Source: Patescibacteria group bacterium
GTDB lineage: Bacteria > Patescibacteriota > Patescibacteriia > UBA2196
NCBI GenBank assembly: GCA_028748975.1
Contig: JAQTPI010000001.1
Location: 64,354 to 128,353, forward strand
Length of the DNA: 64,000 nucleotides
Direction: 5' to 3'
The notes under the pieces were generated by a model. That model was given only the letters and a program-made list of their open reading frames with translations. It was not told the origin of the DNA and did not search any database. Positions within the stretch are counted from its first letter, which is position 1; each line of letters begins with the position of its first letter. This document shows, one piece after another, positions 21,294-31,308 of this stretch. Made by a program: the position numbers and the translations under genes.

Positions 21294-21357
21294 AAGAGTA
21301 GGATAATTTTGGAGGTAAAAACAATCATTTTACAAACCAAACAGAGGGAGGAAAACC

Positions 21358-21573
21358 ATGTTTATAAAAGTAGGGCGTCCCTTTACATGTGCAGACGACT
21401 GTGAAAAGGTTTTAAGAGAAAACGGCATCACACCAAGAATGCAAAAGAAAGGAAAGGTAATCATCCTGCCGTGTTATCTTGGCGGACCAAGCGGCCAAGA
21501 TATTTTTTTGCAAATATTGGTCTGGAAAAAACAACCACCGCAAGAGCAACAAACGGTGGGTAGGCGCGCCTAA
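21358..21573 (+). CDS. small hypothetical protein (islet between prmC and prfA, opposite strand)
   Basis: promoter 21276-21304, GGGAGG SD, hairpin plus T-run near 21562-21590. Confidence 0.6.
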   Translation: MFIKVGRPFTCADDCEKVLRENGITPRMQKKGKVIILPCYLGGPSGQDIFLQILVWKKQPPQEQQTVGRRA

Positions 21574-21646
21574 AAACGCGCTTTTTATTTTCGATTTTTT
21601 TGGTTTATTAGATTATTAAATTATCAGATTATTATTTTATTATTGG

Positions 21647-22684
21647 TCACACGTCCGCCTTTTTCAGCGCTTCAATAATTTCCGAAATGTTGCCATCCAT
21701 AATGCTCGCAATGTTGTGCCATGATTCTTTAATGCGGTGGTCGGTCACGCGATCCTGCGGAAAATTATAGGTGCGGATCTTTTCGCTTCTGTCGCCCGTG
21801 CCTACCTGTGATTTTCTCGTAGCCGCCAATTCTTTCTGTTTTTTTTCTTCCTCTATGGCGAGTAGCCGCGAACGCAAAACTTGCATGGCTTTTTCCTTAT
21901 TTTGCGCCTGCGAGCGTTCATCCTGGCAAGAAACAGCTAATCCGGTTGGAATATGTGTAATGCGCACCGCGGATTTGGTGGTGTTGACGCTTTGCCCGCC
22001 ATGGCCGCCGGCGCAAAAAGTGTCCACGCGCAAATCTTTCGGTTCAATTTTTAAATCAAATTCTTCCGCTTCCGGCATCACGGCCACCGTAATGGCCGAA
22101 GTGTGCACGCGCCCGGCTTTTTCCGTTTCCGGCACGCGCTGCACGCGGTGCGTGCCGCTTTCATATTTCATCCAGCCATAAACTCCGGAACCATTAATTT
22201 CAAAAATTATTTCTTTAAAACCGCCAATACCGATACTATTAGAAGAAATAATTTCTGTTTGCCAGCCCATCCGTTCGGCAAAGCGGGCATAGCAACGGAA
22301 TAATTCCGCCGAAAATAGCGCCGATTCGTCCCCGCCGGTGCCCGCCCGAATCTCTATAATGACATCTTTTTTATCCAGCGGATTTTTGGGATTGAGATAT
22401 TCTTCAATCTCTGCCGTCAGTTGTTTATTTTCTGCTTCTAAGGTAGTAATTTCTTCCGTGGCCACGCTTTTCAGTTCTTCGTCTTCGCCTTCAATAATAT
22501 TTTTATTTTCACCAATAGTAAAAGTATTTTTTTCCAGCCGTTCAATTTTTTCCAGAATTTCTTTCAGTTCGGAAAATTCTTTCATCATTTGCCCGTATTT
22601 TTTTTGGTCGTCAAAAACGCCCGGGGCTTGGAGAGCTCCGCCCAGTTCCGCGTATCGGTCTTTGAGTTTTTGGTAGTTAGACAT
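21647..22684 (-). CDS. prfA: peptide chain release factor 1
   Basis: [16 protein letters not shown] (PET), GGQ, ERSQ, RTYNFPQ. Confidence 0.97.
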   Translation of the reverse strand: MSNYQKLKDRYAELGGALQAPGVFDDQKKYGQMMKEFSELKEILEKIERLEKNTFTIGENKNIIEGEDEELKSVATEEITTLEAENKQLTAEIEEYLNPKNPLDKKDVIIEIRAGTGGDESALFSAELFRCYARFAERMGWQTEIISSNSIGIGGFKEIIFEINGSGVYGWMKYESGTHRVQRVPETEKAGRVHTSAITVAVMPEAEEFDLKIEPKDLRVDTFCAGGHGGQSVNTTKSAVRITHIPTGLAVSCQDERSQAQNKEKAMQVLRSRLLAIEEEKKQKELAATRKSQVGTGDRSEKIRTYNFPQDRVTDHRIKESWHNIASIMDGNISEIIEALKKADV

Positions 22685-22696
22685 ATATTGTTTGAT

Positions 22697-22895
22697 TGTC
22701 ATCCTGACGACCCACGATCCGCCAGCTGGCGGACGGGGGAGGAAGGATCTCGTGATCGAAGCGATGGGTAATAAAGATATAAGGAAATAAGGATATAAAA
22801 GGTTGGTTCTATATTTCCTTATATCTTTATATCCCTATATCTTTTCTATAAAATTACGAGATTCCTCGTCCCGAGTATTTGGGACTCGGAATGAC
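22697..22895. repeat. composite TGTCAT...ATGACA element enclosing 8-mer tandem repeats and mini-palindromes
   Basis: left end GTCATCCTGACGACCC..GGAAGGATCTCG as at 57595; right end CGAGATTCCTCG..GGAATGAC. Confidence 0.8.
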
Positions 22896-22958
22896 AACCA
22901 CTAAAAAATCCTCCTATAAACTTATTATAGCAGGATTTTTAAATAAATTTAAACTCAG

Positions 22959-23285
22959 CTACTTTTTTGTGCTCTTTTTGTGCCCTGACTTTTTGGTTTT
23001 GATAATTTCAATATCCTTGGCTTTTTTGGCCTTGAGTTCTTTTCTTTTGGCGGTCTTGCCAATTTTACCTTTAGCGGCAGCTTCTTTTTTAGCCACTTTT
23101 TCCTGGAATTTTTCCACGCGGCGCGCGCTGTCTACCAATTTCTGTTTGCCCGTATAAAACGGATGGCAGGCAGAGCAAATTTCCACCTTGATTTCTTCTT
23201 CGGTGGAGCCGGTGGTAAAAGAATGCCCGCAGGCGCAAATTACTTTGGCATTTTTGTAGTATTTTGGGTGTATGTCTTTCTTCAT
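22959..23285 (-). CDS. rpmE: 50S ribosomal protein L31 with basic tail
   Basis: [23 protein letters not shown]. Confidence 0.97.
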   Translation of the reverse strand: MKKDIHPKYYKNAKVICACGHSFTTGSTEEEIKVEICSACHPFYTGKQKLVDSARRVEKFQEKVAKKEAAAKGKIGKTAKRKELKAKKAKDIEIIKTKKSGHKKSTKK

Positions 23286-23478
23286 AAAATCTTTTGATAA
23301 ATCGCCGGCTTTTCGCGTTATCTTCGCTTATCTGCGAATTAGTTGCGAATGCTGTGCAAATTTTGCGAATAAATAATGATTAAAATAAGTATAGCATTTG
23401 TTTTTTTTGGTGTCAAATACGTAGAGATTTGACAAATATAACCCTAAAATGCTACGCTAAAAGAGTAAATAATTAATT

Positions 23479-23570
23479 CTCACGCCTGGGTGGCAAAAGC
23501 GTCCTGATTCCGTGCTTTTGGCATTTAAAGCCCTGGCGGAGGCGGATTCCAAATATTTTCATATTTGGAA
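23479..23570 (+). promoter_or_regulatory. putative rpsB (S2) autoregulatory leader
   Basis: CACGCC-TGGGT...GGCGGAGGC plus hairpins between a TTGACA promoter (about 23429) and rpsB, resembling known rpsB leaders. Confidence 0.55.
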
Positions 23571-23587
23571 CCAAAGGACAAAAAACT

Positions 23588-24343
23588 ATGAGTAAAATTC
23601 CCGAGGTCAAAGACCTCCTCAAAGCGGGGTTGCATTTTGGTCACAAGTCAGCCGCTTGGAACCCAAAAATGGAGCCTTTTTTGTTTGGCGCCAAATCCGG
23701 CGTCCATGTTTTTAATTTGGAAAAAACCAGAGAGATGCTCTCGGCGGCCGTGGAGCAGGTGGAACGCACCGTGGCTTTGGGCGGGGTAGTGCTCTTTGTT
23801 GGCACCAAGCCGCAGGCCAAAGAAATTGTTAAAAAATATGCCATTGAGGCCGGTGTGCCGTTTGTCACCGAGCGCTGGCTTGGCGGTACCCTCACTAATT
23901 TTGGTGAGATTCGCCGGTTGATGCGCAAATATGAACAACTGACTAAAAATGCGGCGAGCGATGATTATGAACAAAAATATACCAAAAAAGAACGCCTGGA
24001 TTTTTCCGAAGAAATTAAAAAGCTGGAAAAAAACATCGGCGGCATCCTGACTTTAAATAAATTGCCGGATTTGGTTTTTGTGGCGAGCGCTCAAGAAAAT
24101 ATTATCGCGGTCAAGGAAGCCAAACAGTGTGAAATTCCGGTAGTTGGCGTTTGTGACAGCAATATCAATCCCGAGTTAGTGGATTATTGCATTCCAGGTA
24201 ATGATGACGCCACCAAATCAATCGAACTCATTTCTTCGCTTATGGCTGAAGCAGTCAAAACCGGCAAAAAAGAGTTGGAAAAAAATACCGTTAAAAAAGC
24301 CGAAGCCAAAAATAAAGAAGCTGAGGCTAAAGAAACTAAATAA
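23588..24343 (+). CDS. rpsB: 30S ribosomal protein S2
   Basis: AGLHFGH, WNPKM, RWLGGTLTN, PGNDD. Confidence 0.98.
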   Translation: MSKIPEVKDLLKAGLHFGHKSAAWNPKMEPFLFGAKSGVHVFNLEKTREMLSAAVEQVERTVALGGVVLFVGTKPQAKEIVKKYAIEAGVPFVTERWLGGTLTNFGEIRRLMRKYEQLTKNAASDDYEQKYTKKERLDFSEEIKKLEKNIGGILTLNKLPDLVFVASAQENIIAVKEAKQCEIPVVGVCDSNINPELVDYCIPGNDDATKSIELISSLMAEAVKTGKKELEKNTVKKAEAKNKEAEAKETK

Positions 24344-24363
24344 TAAAATAAAAATTAACTCAT

Positions 24364-24945
24364 ATGAATGAATTAATCAAAAAAATACGCGAGCAAACCG
24401 GCGCCGGCGTCATGGACATTAAAAAAGCGCTGATGGAAGCTGGTAATGATGAAAAAAAAGCCATTGAGATTTTAAGAAAACACGGCCAAAAAGTGGCGGC
24501 CAAGAAAAGCGCGGAGCGTGTTGCCAAAGAAGGTTTAATTGAGGCCTATGTCCACGGCAATGGCAAAGTGGCTTCTTTAATCATGCTTTCTTGCGAAACC
24601 GATTTTGTGGCGCGCAATTCTGAATTTAAAGAACTGGCGCATGACCTCGCCATGCAGGTGGCGGCCATGAACCCGCAATATCTCTCGGCTGACAAAATTC
24701 CCGCCGCGGTTTTGGAAGAAGAAAGAGAAATCATTCGGGCCAGCCTGAAAGAGGAAAAGAAACCCAAAGAAGTGGTGGAAAAAATTATTGATGGTAAATT
24801 AAATAAATTTTATAGCGAATTTTGTCTTTTGGAACAGCCTTTTATCAAAGATGATGAAAAAACTGTCAAAGAAGTGATTGCTGAAAAAATCGCCAAATTG
24901 GGCGAGAAGATTGAAGTGAAAAAAATCGCGCGGTTAAGTTTTTAA
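24364..24945 (+). CDS. tsf: elongation factor Ts (short type)
   Basis: REQTGAG, CETDFVA. Confidence 0.97.
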   Translation: MNELIKKIREQTGAGVMDIKKALMEAGNDEKKAIEILRKHGQKVAAKKSAERVAKEGLIEAYVHGNGKVASLIMLSCETDFVARNSEFKELAHDLAMQVAAMNPQYLSADKIPAAVLEEEREIIRASLKEEKKPKEVVEKIIDGKLNKFYSEFCLLEQPFIKDDEKTVKEVIAEKIAKLGEKIEVKKIARLSF

Positions 24946-24952
24946 CTTTTTT

Positions 24953-25109
24953 AGTTTATCCCGAGCGGCCTTTAAGGAAGTTAGGAGCCGAGGGATCTCG
25001 TCAGTAATCCATTAATCCGTAATTTGTTAATGAATAATAAATAATTTTGAATAACCAACGAGATCTCTCGACTCGTCCCGAGTACTCGGGACTTCGCTCG
25101 AGATAAACT
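24953..25109. repeat. post-stop repeat copy 3 with a matching right end (complete element)
   Basis: inverted termini AGTTTATCCCGAG ... CTCGAGATAAACT. Confidence 0.85.
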
Positions 25110-25117
25110 GCTGTTTT

Positions 25118-25918
25118 ATGACCGTTGCTGAAGTACAATTCGCGCCTTGGGACAAGGCCTACTGGTTCGCCTATGATGGCCACGATGTCAACATTGGCGA
25201 TTATGTGATTGTCAGAACCGAGCTCGGTACGGAAATCGGCGTGGTCATTGGTTTTAAAGAAAATAATAATGATGAAAAAAAACGCGAAATAAAAAGCATC
25301 ATTCGCCTGGCCAACCTTTCTGATTTGGAACAAGTCAAAGAACGCAATAAAAGAAGGGCAGAGGCGCTCGCCACCTGTCGTCGTCTGGCCGCCGAACACG
25401 GCGTGGATTTAAAAATTGTTGATGCCCATTTTTCTTTTGACGGCGGGCGCATCACTTTTGCTTTTATTGCTAATGGCCGCCTGGATTTTCGCGAATTAGT
25501 CAAAGTTTTGACGCATACTTTTCAAAAATCAATCCGCATGCATCAACTTGGCGTGCGCGACGAAGCGCGTTACCTTGGCTCTTGCGGGCCTTGCGGCGAA
25601 AATCTTTGTTGCCAGCGTTTTTTAAAAGAGCTGGGGCAGGTGAGTTCGGAGTTGGTGGAAGCCCAGCAAATTATGCATCGCGGCAGTGAGCGCCTTTCCG
25701 GCATGTGCGGCCGTCTCAAATGCTGTTTGCGTTTTGAATATGACGGTTATTGTTCGCTCGCTAAAAATTTGCCAGCACTCGGCACGCGCGTGCGTACCGA
25801 CCACGGCCGCGGGGAAATTGTGGGGCAGAAAATTCTTAAACAAAGCGTGGTAGTGCGTCTTGACCCGGAAAAAGGCGAGTCCGGCGCTTTGGTGGAAGTA
25901 CCAATTAAGAAAAATTAA
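25118..25918 (+). CDS. PSP1-domain (YaaT/RicT family) protein
   Basis: DFRELVK, GVRDEA, GPCG..CC, SGMCGRLKCCL. Confidence 0.9.
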   Translation: MTVAEVQFAPWDKAYWFAYDGHDVNIGDYVIVRTELGTEIGVVIGFKENNNDEKKREIKSIIRLANLSDLEQVKERNKRRAEALATCRRLAAEHGVDLKIVDAHFSFDGGRITFAFIANGRLDFRELVKVLTHTFQKSIRMHQLGVRDEARYLGSCGPCGENLCCQRFLKELGQVSSELVEAQQIMHRGSERLSGMCGRLKCCLRFEYDGYCSLAKNLPALGTRVRTDHGRGEIVGQKILKQSVVVRLDPEKGESGALVEVPIKKN

Positions 25919-25939
25919 CAATCAAAAAAGGAGGATAAA

Positions 25940-26155
25940 ATGCGTATTTTTTCCAGGAGATTGGTAGGAGGACTTTGTTTACTTTTTGGTTCAATCTTGT
26001 TTCTTGTGTCTATCTTATCGTTTATTGGAGAGATAAAATTATTTCAAGGTTTGGCGTCTTTCATTCTCGGCGTTATTTTCACGTTTATTGGTTTTTATAA
26101 GTTAAAGGCTTTTGAGTCCGACCTTTTTTATACGGGGAAAAACGATGAAGAATAA
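25940..26155 (+). CDS. small two-TM protein
   Basis: AGGAGG SD; terminator near 26173-26200. Confidence 0.7.
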   Translation: MRIFSRRLVGGLCLLFGSILFLVSILSFIGEIKLFQGLASFILGVIFTFIGFYKLKAFESDLFYTGKNDEE

Positions 26156-26321
26156 TTTTTTAAAACCCATTGAGTCGTCGTTTCACCGACGGCTTTTTTC
26201 TTTTCCGTTTTCTTGACATTATTTCTATAATTTGCTACAATGACAATACAAAGATAGTTCTTTATAGAAAGCCAAGAGCACAGGCTAAAATGTGCTTAAA
26301 ACAAGAAAAGGGAGGATAAAA

Positions 26322-26834
26322 GTGAAAAGGGGATTTGTGTTGGGATTCACCTTATTTATCTGTTTCTTTTTATTGGCTGATTGTGCAAAACGGCCGGAAG
26401 GTCCGACCATAGGACACCAACTGGAAGAAATTGGGTTGATGGGTGAACACCAATTAATGAGGACCGAACACTCCAAACAAATTAAAGGTTCTTTGGCCGG
26501 ATTATTTTTTTTAGGTGTTGGCGGCATGGGTGGATCAATTGAATCAAATGATATTTTGGCGTTTTATTGGGAACCGAAACCGGGTGAAAGCATACGTTCT
26601 TCCTTGCCTTATAGTAAGTTTAGATTCATCAAAGATGAATCTAAAGATATTCCCACTATCGAATTTGTATTTGATCAGTATTGGTTAAAGAAGACCGGTA
26701 CTTATTGGTCTTTGGGTGAAGAAGAAATTTTAAACCCCAACCTAATAATTAATAGTCGATATTTATATTTGGCTAAAGTAAAAATTTCCGCCAAAACAAT
26801 GGAACAGGAAATTTATTTGCCGAAAGCCAAGTAA
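26322..26834 (+). CDS. putative lipoprotein (islet)
   Basis: signal peptide ending LLADC; promoter 26213-26241; GGGAGG SD; terminator near 26858-26884. Confidence 0.7.
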   Translation: MKRGFVLGFTLFICFFLLADCAKRPEGPTIGHQLEEIGLMGEHQLMRTEHSKQIKGSLAGLFFLGVGGMGGSIESNDILAFYWEPKPGESIRSSLPYSKFRFIKDESKDIPTIEFVFDQYWLKKTGTYWSLGEEEILNPNLIINSRYLYLAKVKISAKTMEQEIYLPKAK

Positions 26835-27059
26835 ATATTTGAAAACACTTTTTCAACAAACCACCGGTTTAACGGTGGTTTTTTCTTTCCCCGTAAATTC
26901 AGCAAGGTAAACTTGACATTTTTCTCCGCTTTTACTTGAAGGTGTGGTATAATAGAAGTATAAAAATATTAAAACATTCGCACCATTCGCACATAATTCG
27001 CACTAATTCGCATAAAACCGAATGACTGCGGGTGGGGCTGGCGAATAATAATAAACTCT

Positions 27060-28076
27060 ATGAAAAAGAATACACCAGCTATCCGCGTAGCCATTAATGG
27101 CTTTGGCCGAGTCGGCCGGGCGGCTTTTAAAATTATTCTGGACCGGCCGGATATGGAAGTAGTCGCCATTAATGATTTGACCGATAATCAAACCCTGGCG
27201 CATCTTTTGCGTTATGACAGTGTTTACGGCATTTATAATCGTAACGTCACGGCTGATGAAAAGAATATTTTTGTGGATGACCAGAAAATTCCCTGCCTGG
27301 CCATTAAGGAACCGAAAGAATTGCCCTGGAAAAAATATAATGTGGACGTGGTTTTGGAATGCACTGGCCGGTTTGTCAAAGACGGTGCCTCTAAAGCGCA
27401 TCTGGATGCTGGCGCCAAAAAAGTAATTCTTTCCGCGCCATCCAAAGGCAAGCCCGAAGCGCCGACTTATTTAATGGGTGTGAATCATTTAAAATATAAA
27501 GGTGAAAATATTATTTCCAATGCTTCTTGCACCACGAACTGCATCGCGCCAGTCACCAAAATTATTGATGAGATTTTTGGCATTAAACGCGCTTTTTTAA
27601 ACACCGTTCATTCTTATACCGCTGACCAAAATCTGGTTGACGGTCCGCATAAAGATTTGCGCCGCGCCCGTTCTGCCGCCGCCAATATCGTACCAACCAC
27701 CACCGGCGCCGCGATTTCCGTGACCAAAGTTCTGCCGCGCTTGCAAGATAAATTTGACGGCGTATCGCTCCGCGTGCCAACCATTTGCGGTTCCATTTCC
27801 GATTTAACATTTTTAGTCCGCCGCAAAGCCACCGTGAGAGAAATCAATAGCGCCCTAAGCAAAGCCAGCCGTTCCAAAGAATTAAAAGGAGTTTTGACAG
27901 TTTCTAATGAGCCCCTGGTTTCCACCGACATCATTGGCAACCCGGCCTCGGCCATTGTGGATTTGCCAAGCACCATGGTCATCGGCGGAGATTATGTAAA
28001 AATTTTGGCCTGGTATGATAATGAATGGGGCTATTCGGAAAGATTGGTGGATATGGTAAACGTTGTGATGAAATAA
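27060..28076 (+). CDS. gap: glyceraldehyde-3-phosphate dehydrogenase
   Basis: INGFGRVGR, SNASCTTNC, WYDNEWGYS. Confidence 0.98.
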   Translation: MKKNTPAIRVAINGFGRVGRAAFKIILDRPDMEVVAINDLTDNQTLAHLLRYDSVYGIYNRNVTADEKNIFVDDQKIPCLAIKEPKELPWKKYNVDVVLECTGRFVKDGASKAHLDAGAKKVILSAPSKGKPEAPTYLMGVNHLKYKGENIISNASCTTNCIAPVTKIIDEIFGIKRAFLNTVHSYTADQNLVDGPHKDLRRARSAAANIVPTTTGAAISVTKVLPRLQDKFDGVSLRVPTICGSISDLTFLVRRKATVREINSALSKASRSKELKGVLTVSNEPLVSTDIIGNPASAIVDLPSTMVIGGDYVKILAWYDNEWGYSERLVDMVNVVMK

Positions 28077-28154
28077 TGAAAAATGAAAAATAAATAATAT
28101 TTTTAATATGGGCGGTTTTAAAACCCGCCCTTTTGATTTTTTTAAAAATAGTAT

Positions 28155-28188
28155 ATCCACATCAATCACGATCGTGATTGATGTGGAT
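28155..28188. repeat. perfect 34-bp palindrome centred on CACGATCGTG
   Basis: ATCCACATCAATCACGA|TCGTGATTGATGTGGAT. Confidence 0.8.
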
Positions 28189-28302
28189 GTTGGAGAAAAT
28201 AAAAAAGCCACCAGTGAGCGAGCGCTCTTGATTTTAATTTTTATTTACGCTAAGATAAAAGCGTTAGTTAAAACAAATAAAAAATCAAACAGGAGGTCAA
28301 AG

Positions 28303-28635
28303 ATGGAGGAAAAATTAAAGTCGTGCGGAATTCAAATATCGCTAATCCCAAAAAATAAACTAGCAAGAGATTATAGGTGCAGAACAGAAGGTTGTGAGAC
28401 TCAACTCTTTACTTTTAATGCCGCCGAATCTGAAGAAAAAAATGTATATCAAGATGTGGTTGGTTTTACATTTACAAAGGGAACTGATTTTTTAGGTTTT
28501 TTACCCAGCGAGGGGGTTTGGGTTTTAAGGTGTCCATATTGTAATAAATATTATTGGACGCACGCGTATGATGTAGAAATTGATATATTAAAAGAAATTC
28601 AACTGTGGGACAAGTCAACAAAGCATTTAAAATAA
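28303..28635 (+). CDS. Cys-containing hypothetical protein (islet)
   Basis: AGGAGG SD, promoter 28228-28256, CxxxxC and CPYC..H. Confidence 0.7.
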   Translation: MEEKLKSCGIQISLIPKNKLARDYRCRTEGCETQLFTFNAAESEEKNVYQDVVGFTFTKGTDFLGFLPSEGVWVLRCPYCNKYYWTHAYDVEIDILKEIQLWDKSTKHLK

Positions 28636-28667
28636 AACAATATTTTAGATGCTTTTTATTTTGTAAT

Positions 28668-28694
28668 TTAGCACTCTCTTGACGAGAGTGCTAA
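28668..28694. promoter_or_regulatory. CIRCE operator overlapping the hrcA promoter
   Basis: exact TTAGCACTC-N9-GAGTGCTAA; TTGACG 28679 and TATAAT 28703. Confidence 0.95.
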
Positions 28695-28786
28695 TAATAA
28701 TATATAATGAATATAGAAACCAAAAAACAGGCTATTTGAGCTTAAAAATGGCTAAATTAGCCCATAAATTTGTGTGGATAACCCCT

Positions 28787-29467
28787 ATGAACGACCGACA
28801 AAAGGAATTGCTAAAAATAATTGTGGAAGAATACATTAAGACCGCCGAGCCGGTAGGGTCAAAGTTATTGGTGGAAAAATATGGATTAAACTTTTCACCG
28901 GCGACAGTTCGAAATGACATGGCGGAATTGGAAGCGCAAAATTTAATCGCCCAGCCCCACACTTCAGCCGGCCGAGTACCGACTGAAGCTGGCTATCGCT
29001 GTTACATTAAAAATTACGTTGATTTAAAAAGCGAGTTGACGGAAAGCAAGAAAGATAAAATTTCCGCCAAAGGCGAAGTCGTTAAAGGTGAAAGCGATGA
29101 AAAAATAAAAACCCTAGCCAAAGTTTTGGCAGAAGAATCAGGACTCGCGACTTTTGTGGTTTTTGACGAGCACAATGTTTTCTATACCGGACTCACCAAT
29201 ATTTTTTCCCAGCCGGAATTTCGCGATTTGGATTTGATTTATGACATGTCGCGCGTGCTGGATCATTTGAGCGAAGTCATGGATGAAATTTATCCCGAGA
29301 TTGGCGAAGAGGTGGAAATTAAAATCGGTTTGGAAAATCATTTGGCCAAAGATTGCGCCGCGGTCATGGTTAGGTCGGGTGATATGATTTTGGGGATGGT
29401 CGGGCCGATGCGGATGAATTATAAGCAGAATATTGGTTTGATGAATTTTATTAAGAGTATAATTTAA
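28787..29467 (+). CDS. hrcA: heat-inducible repressor HrcA
   Basis: [33 protein letters not shown]. Confidence 0.95.
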   Translation: MNDRQKELLKIIVEEYIKTAEPVGSKLLVEKYGLNFSPATVRNDMAELEAQNLIAQPHTSAGRVPTEAGYRCYIKNYVDLKSELTESKKDKISAKGEVVKGESDEKIKTLAKVLAEESGLATFVVFDEHNVFYTGLTNIFSQPEFRDLDLIYDMSRVLDHLSEVMDEIYPEIGEEVEIKIGLENHLAKDCAAVMVRSGDMILGMVGPMRMNYKQNIGLMNFIKSII

Positions 29468-29567
29468 GAGCTACGAATGTACGAATAAAACGAATTTACA
29501 AATAAATCACAAAATTATTCTGCGGCCATTCGTATATTCGTACGATTCGTAAATTTGTAGATTTTTT

Positions 29568-30083
29568 ATGCATAAACACAAAGAACAACAAAATGAAAAT
29601 CAGGCGGAGCCAAAAGATAAGTGTCCGCAATGTGATGAATACCTCAACGGCTGGAAGCGCGCTTTGGCTGATTATGAAAATTTGAAAAAACAGACGGCTA
29701 AAGAAAAAGAAGAGTTTGCCAAGTTCGCCAACACCAATTTAATCATCGGTTTGATTCCAGTTTATAACAACCTCAAAATTTCTTTTGGCCATCTACCAGC
29801 AGATTTAAAAAATAATAATTGGGTTAAAGGAATTGAACACATCAGAAAACAAATGTTGGATGTTTTGGAATTCAATGGCGTGGAAGAAATTGTGCCGAAA
29901 ATTGGCGAGAAGTTTAATCCGGAGCTGCACGAAGCGGTGAAGAGTGAAGAGCAAATAGTGAATAGTGAACAGATAACAGACGACAAACAACAAACAACAG
30001 ATCATAAAATAGTAAAAGTTTTGAGTGATGGTTACAAATTAAACGGCCGGGTGTTTATGCCGGCGAAAGTGGTTGTCGCTTAA
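29568..30083 (+). CDS. grpE: nucleotide exchange factor GrpE
   Basis: RALADYEN, FNPELHEAV, GY...PAKVVV; heptamer-repeat insert. Confidence 0.95.
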   Translation: MHKHKEQQNENQAEPKDKCPQCDEYLNGWKRALADYENLKKQTAKEKEEFAKFANTNLIIGLIPVYNNLKISFGHLPADLKNNNWVKGIEHIRKQMLDVLEFNGVEEIVPKIGEKFNPELHEAVKSEEQIVNSEQITDDKQQTTDHKIVKVLSDGYKLNGRVFMPAKVVVA

Positions 30084-30093
30084 ACCCAAAAAA

Positions 30094-30244
30094 ATGTCAT
30101 TCCGAATCAGCCAGCAGGCGGAGAGGAATCTCGTTATCTCCCCCTTAAGAAGGGGGAGCGCGAGGGGGTCAACTCGCCGCTAGGCGCGTATAATTAACGA
30201 GATCCCTCGTCGTCCCGAAGCGCCGGGACTCCTCGGGATGACAA
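30094..30244. repeat. composite TGTCAT...ATGACA element with nested CCCCTC-type palindrome
   Basis: terminal inverted repeats and internal CTCCCCCTT-AAG-AAGGGGGAG. Confidence 0.8.
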
Positions 30245-30257
30245 TCACCTATGAATT

Positions 30258-30548
30258 ATGGACACTCTAACTTCCCACACCCTCCATCTCATAAAAAATT
30301 GTCCTGTTTGCAAGGCCAAGTTTGGCGAGGGGCAAATTAGCGTCGTGGAAAAAGATGAGGAAGGCAAAGCCACGGTTTTGTTAAGTTGTCAGAATTGTCA
30401 AAGCGCGCTTTTGGCGCGGGTGGTGGAAATGCCGTTTGGAATTTTAGGCACGGCCTCTTTGACTGACATTCAGGCGAGTGAAGTTAAAAAATTCGCGGCC
30501 GGTGGCAAAGTGACGTTTGATGATGTGCTGGATTTGTATGGAAAATAA
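30258..30548 (+). CDS. zinc-ribbon hypothetical protein
   Basis: CPVC...CQNC. Confidence 0.75.
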   Translation: MDTLTSHTLHLIKNCPVCKAKFGEGQISVVEKDEEGKATVLLSCQNCQSALLARVVEMPFGILGTASLTDIQASEVKKFAAGGKVTFDDVLDLYGK

Positions 30549-30696
30549 TTTTTTTGGTTGTCATCCTGAGCGAAGCGAAGGATCCTGTGGCCGAAGAGAA
30601 AAAGTAATAAAGATATAAGGATATAAAGAAATAAAAGGAAAAGGTTCTTTAAAAACAAAAAAACCACCGAGGTGTGATTCGGTGGCGAGATGAAAA

Positions 30697-30870
30697 TCAT
30701 TTTATAAAAACGATTTCCAGTTTTTTTGTTTGTCTACAATTCTGACAAGTTGGAACTGGTTTCCCTGTCTTGGAGTTCATAGTCATATTGAAATACGGAT
30801 TGCTTTCGGTAAATTTTTCGCTGCATTGTCCGCAGTGGGTTGGTCTTTTTTCTTCTCCAACTGGAATCAT
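30697..30870 (-). CDS. 57-aa zinc-finger microprotein (not in ORF track)
   Basis: hand translation MIPVGEEKRPTHCGQCSE...CQNCRQTKKLEIVFIK; AGGAGG SD; ATGA overlap with upstream ORF. Confidence 0.65.
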   Translation of the reverse strand: MIPVGEEKRPTHCGQCSEKFTESNPYFNMTMNSKTGKPVPTCQNCRQTKKLEIVFIK

Positions 30871-31067
30871 GGTTTCCTCCTTAATTCCCCGATGATTTGG
30901 GCGTTGAGTCTGGTGCAGATTCGATCAGCCTTTTCAAAAGGAAGATTTCTATATTTCTCAACAATTTTCCACCTTTTTCTCACAACACCTCCTTCTTTTT
31001 TAACCTGATAGAGCTCTGTCTCTCCGCCGAAATGCATCATATAATACCGGTGAATGCAGAATAGCAT
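30867..31067 (-). CDS. small hypothetical protein (antisense islet)
   Basis: AGGAGG SD, minus-strand promoter 31145-31117. Confidence 0.65.
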   Translation of the reverse strand: MLFCIHRYYMMHFGGETELYQVKKEGGVVRKRWKIVEKYRNLPFEKADRICTRLNAQIIGELRRKP

Positions 31068-31308
31068 AGCACTTCCTCCTTAATGTTTGATTGTTTAGGT
31101 TCTGTGGTCTAATTACATCTTAGACCCCGGAAGTTAAAAAGTCAAATTTAGAAAAGTAACAAGGTAACAGAGTAACAGGGTAACAAAGGAGACCAGAACC
31201 TTTATTACTTTGTTACTTTATTACTCTGTTACCAAAAATTATAATTAATTTTCTCTTTGGGCTTAAAGGCAGAAACCTTCCCTAAAGGGAGTAAGAATAG
31301 AAAAATAT

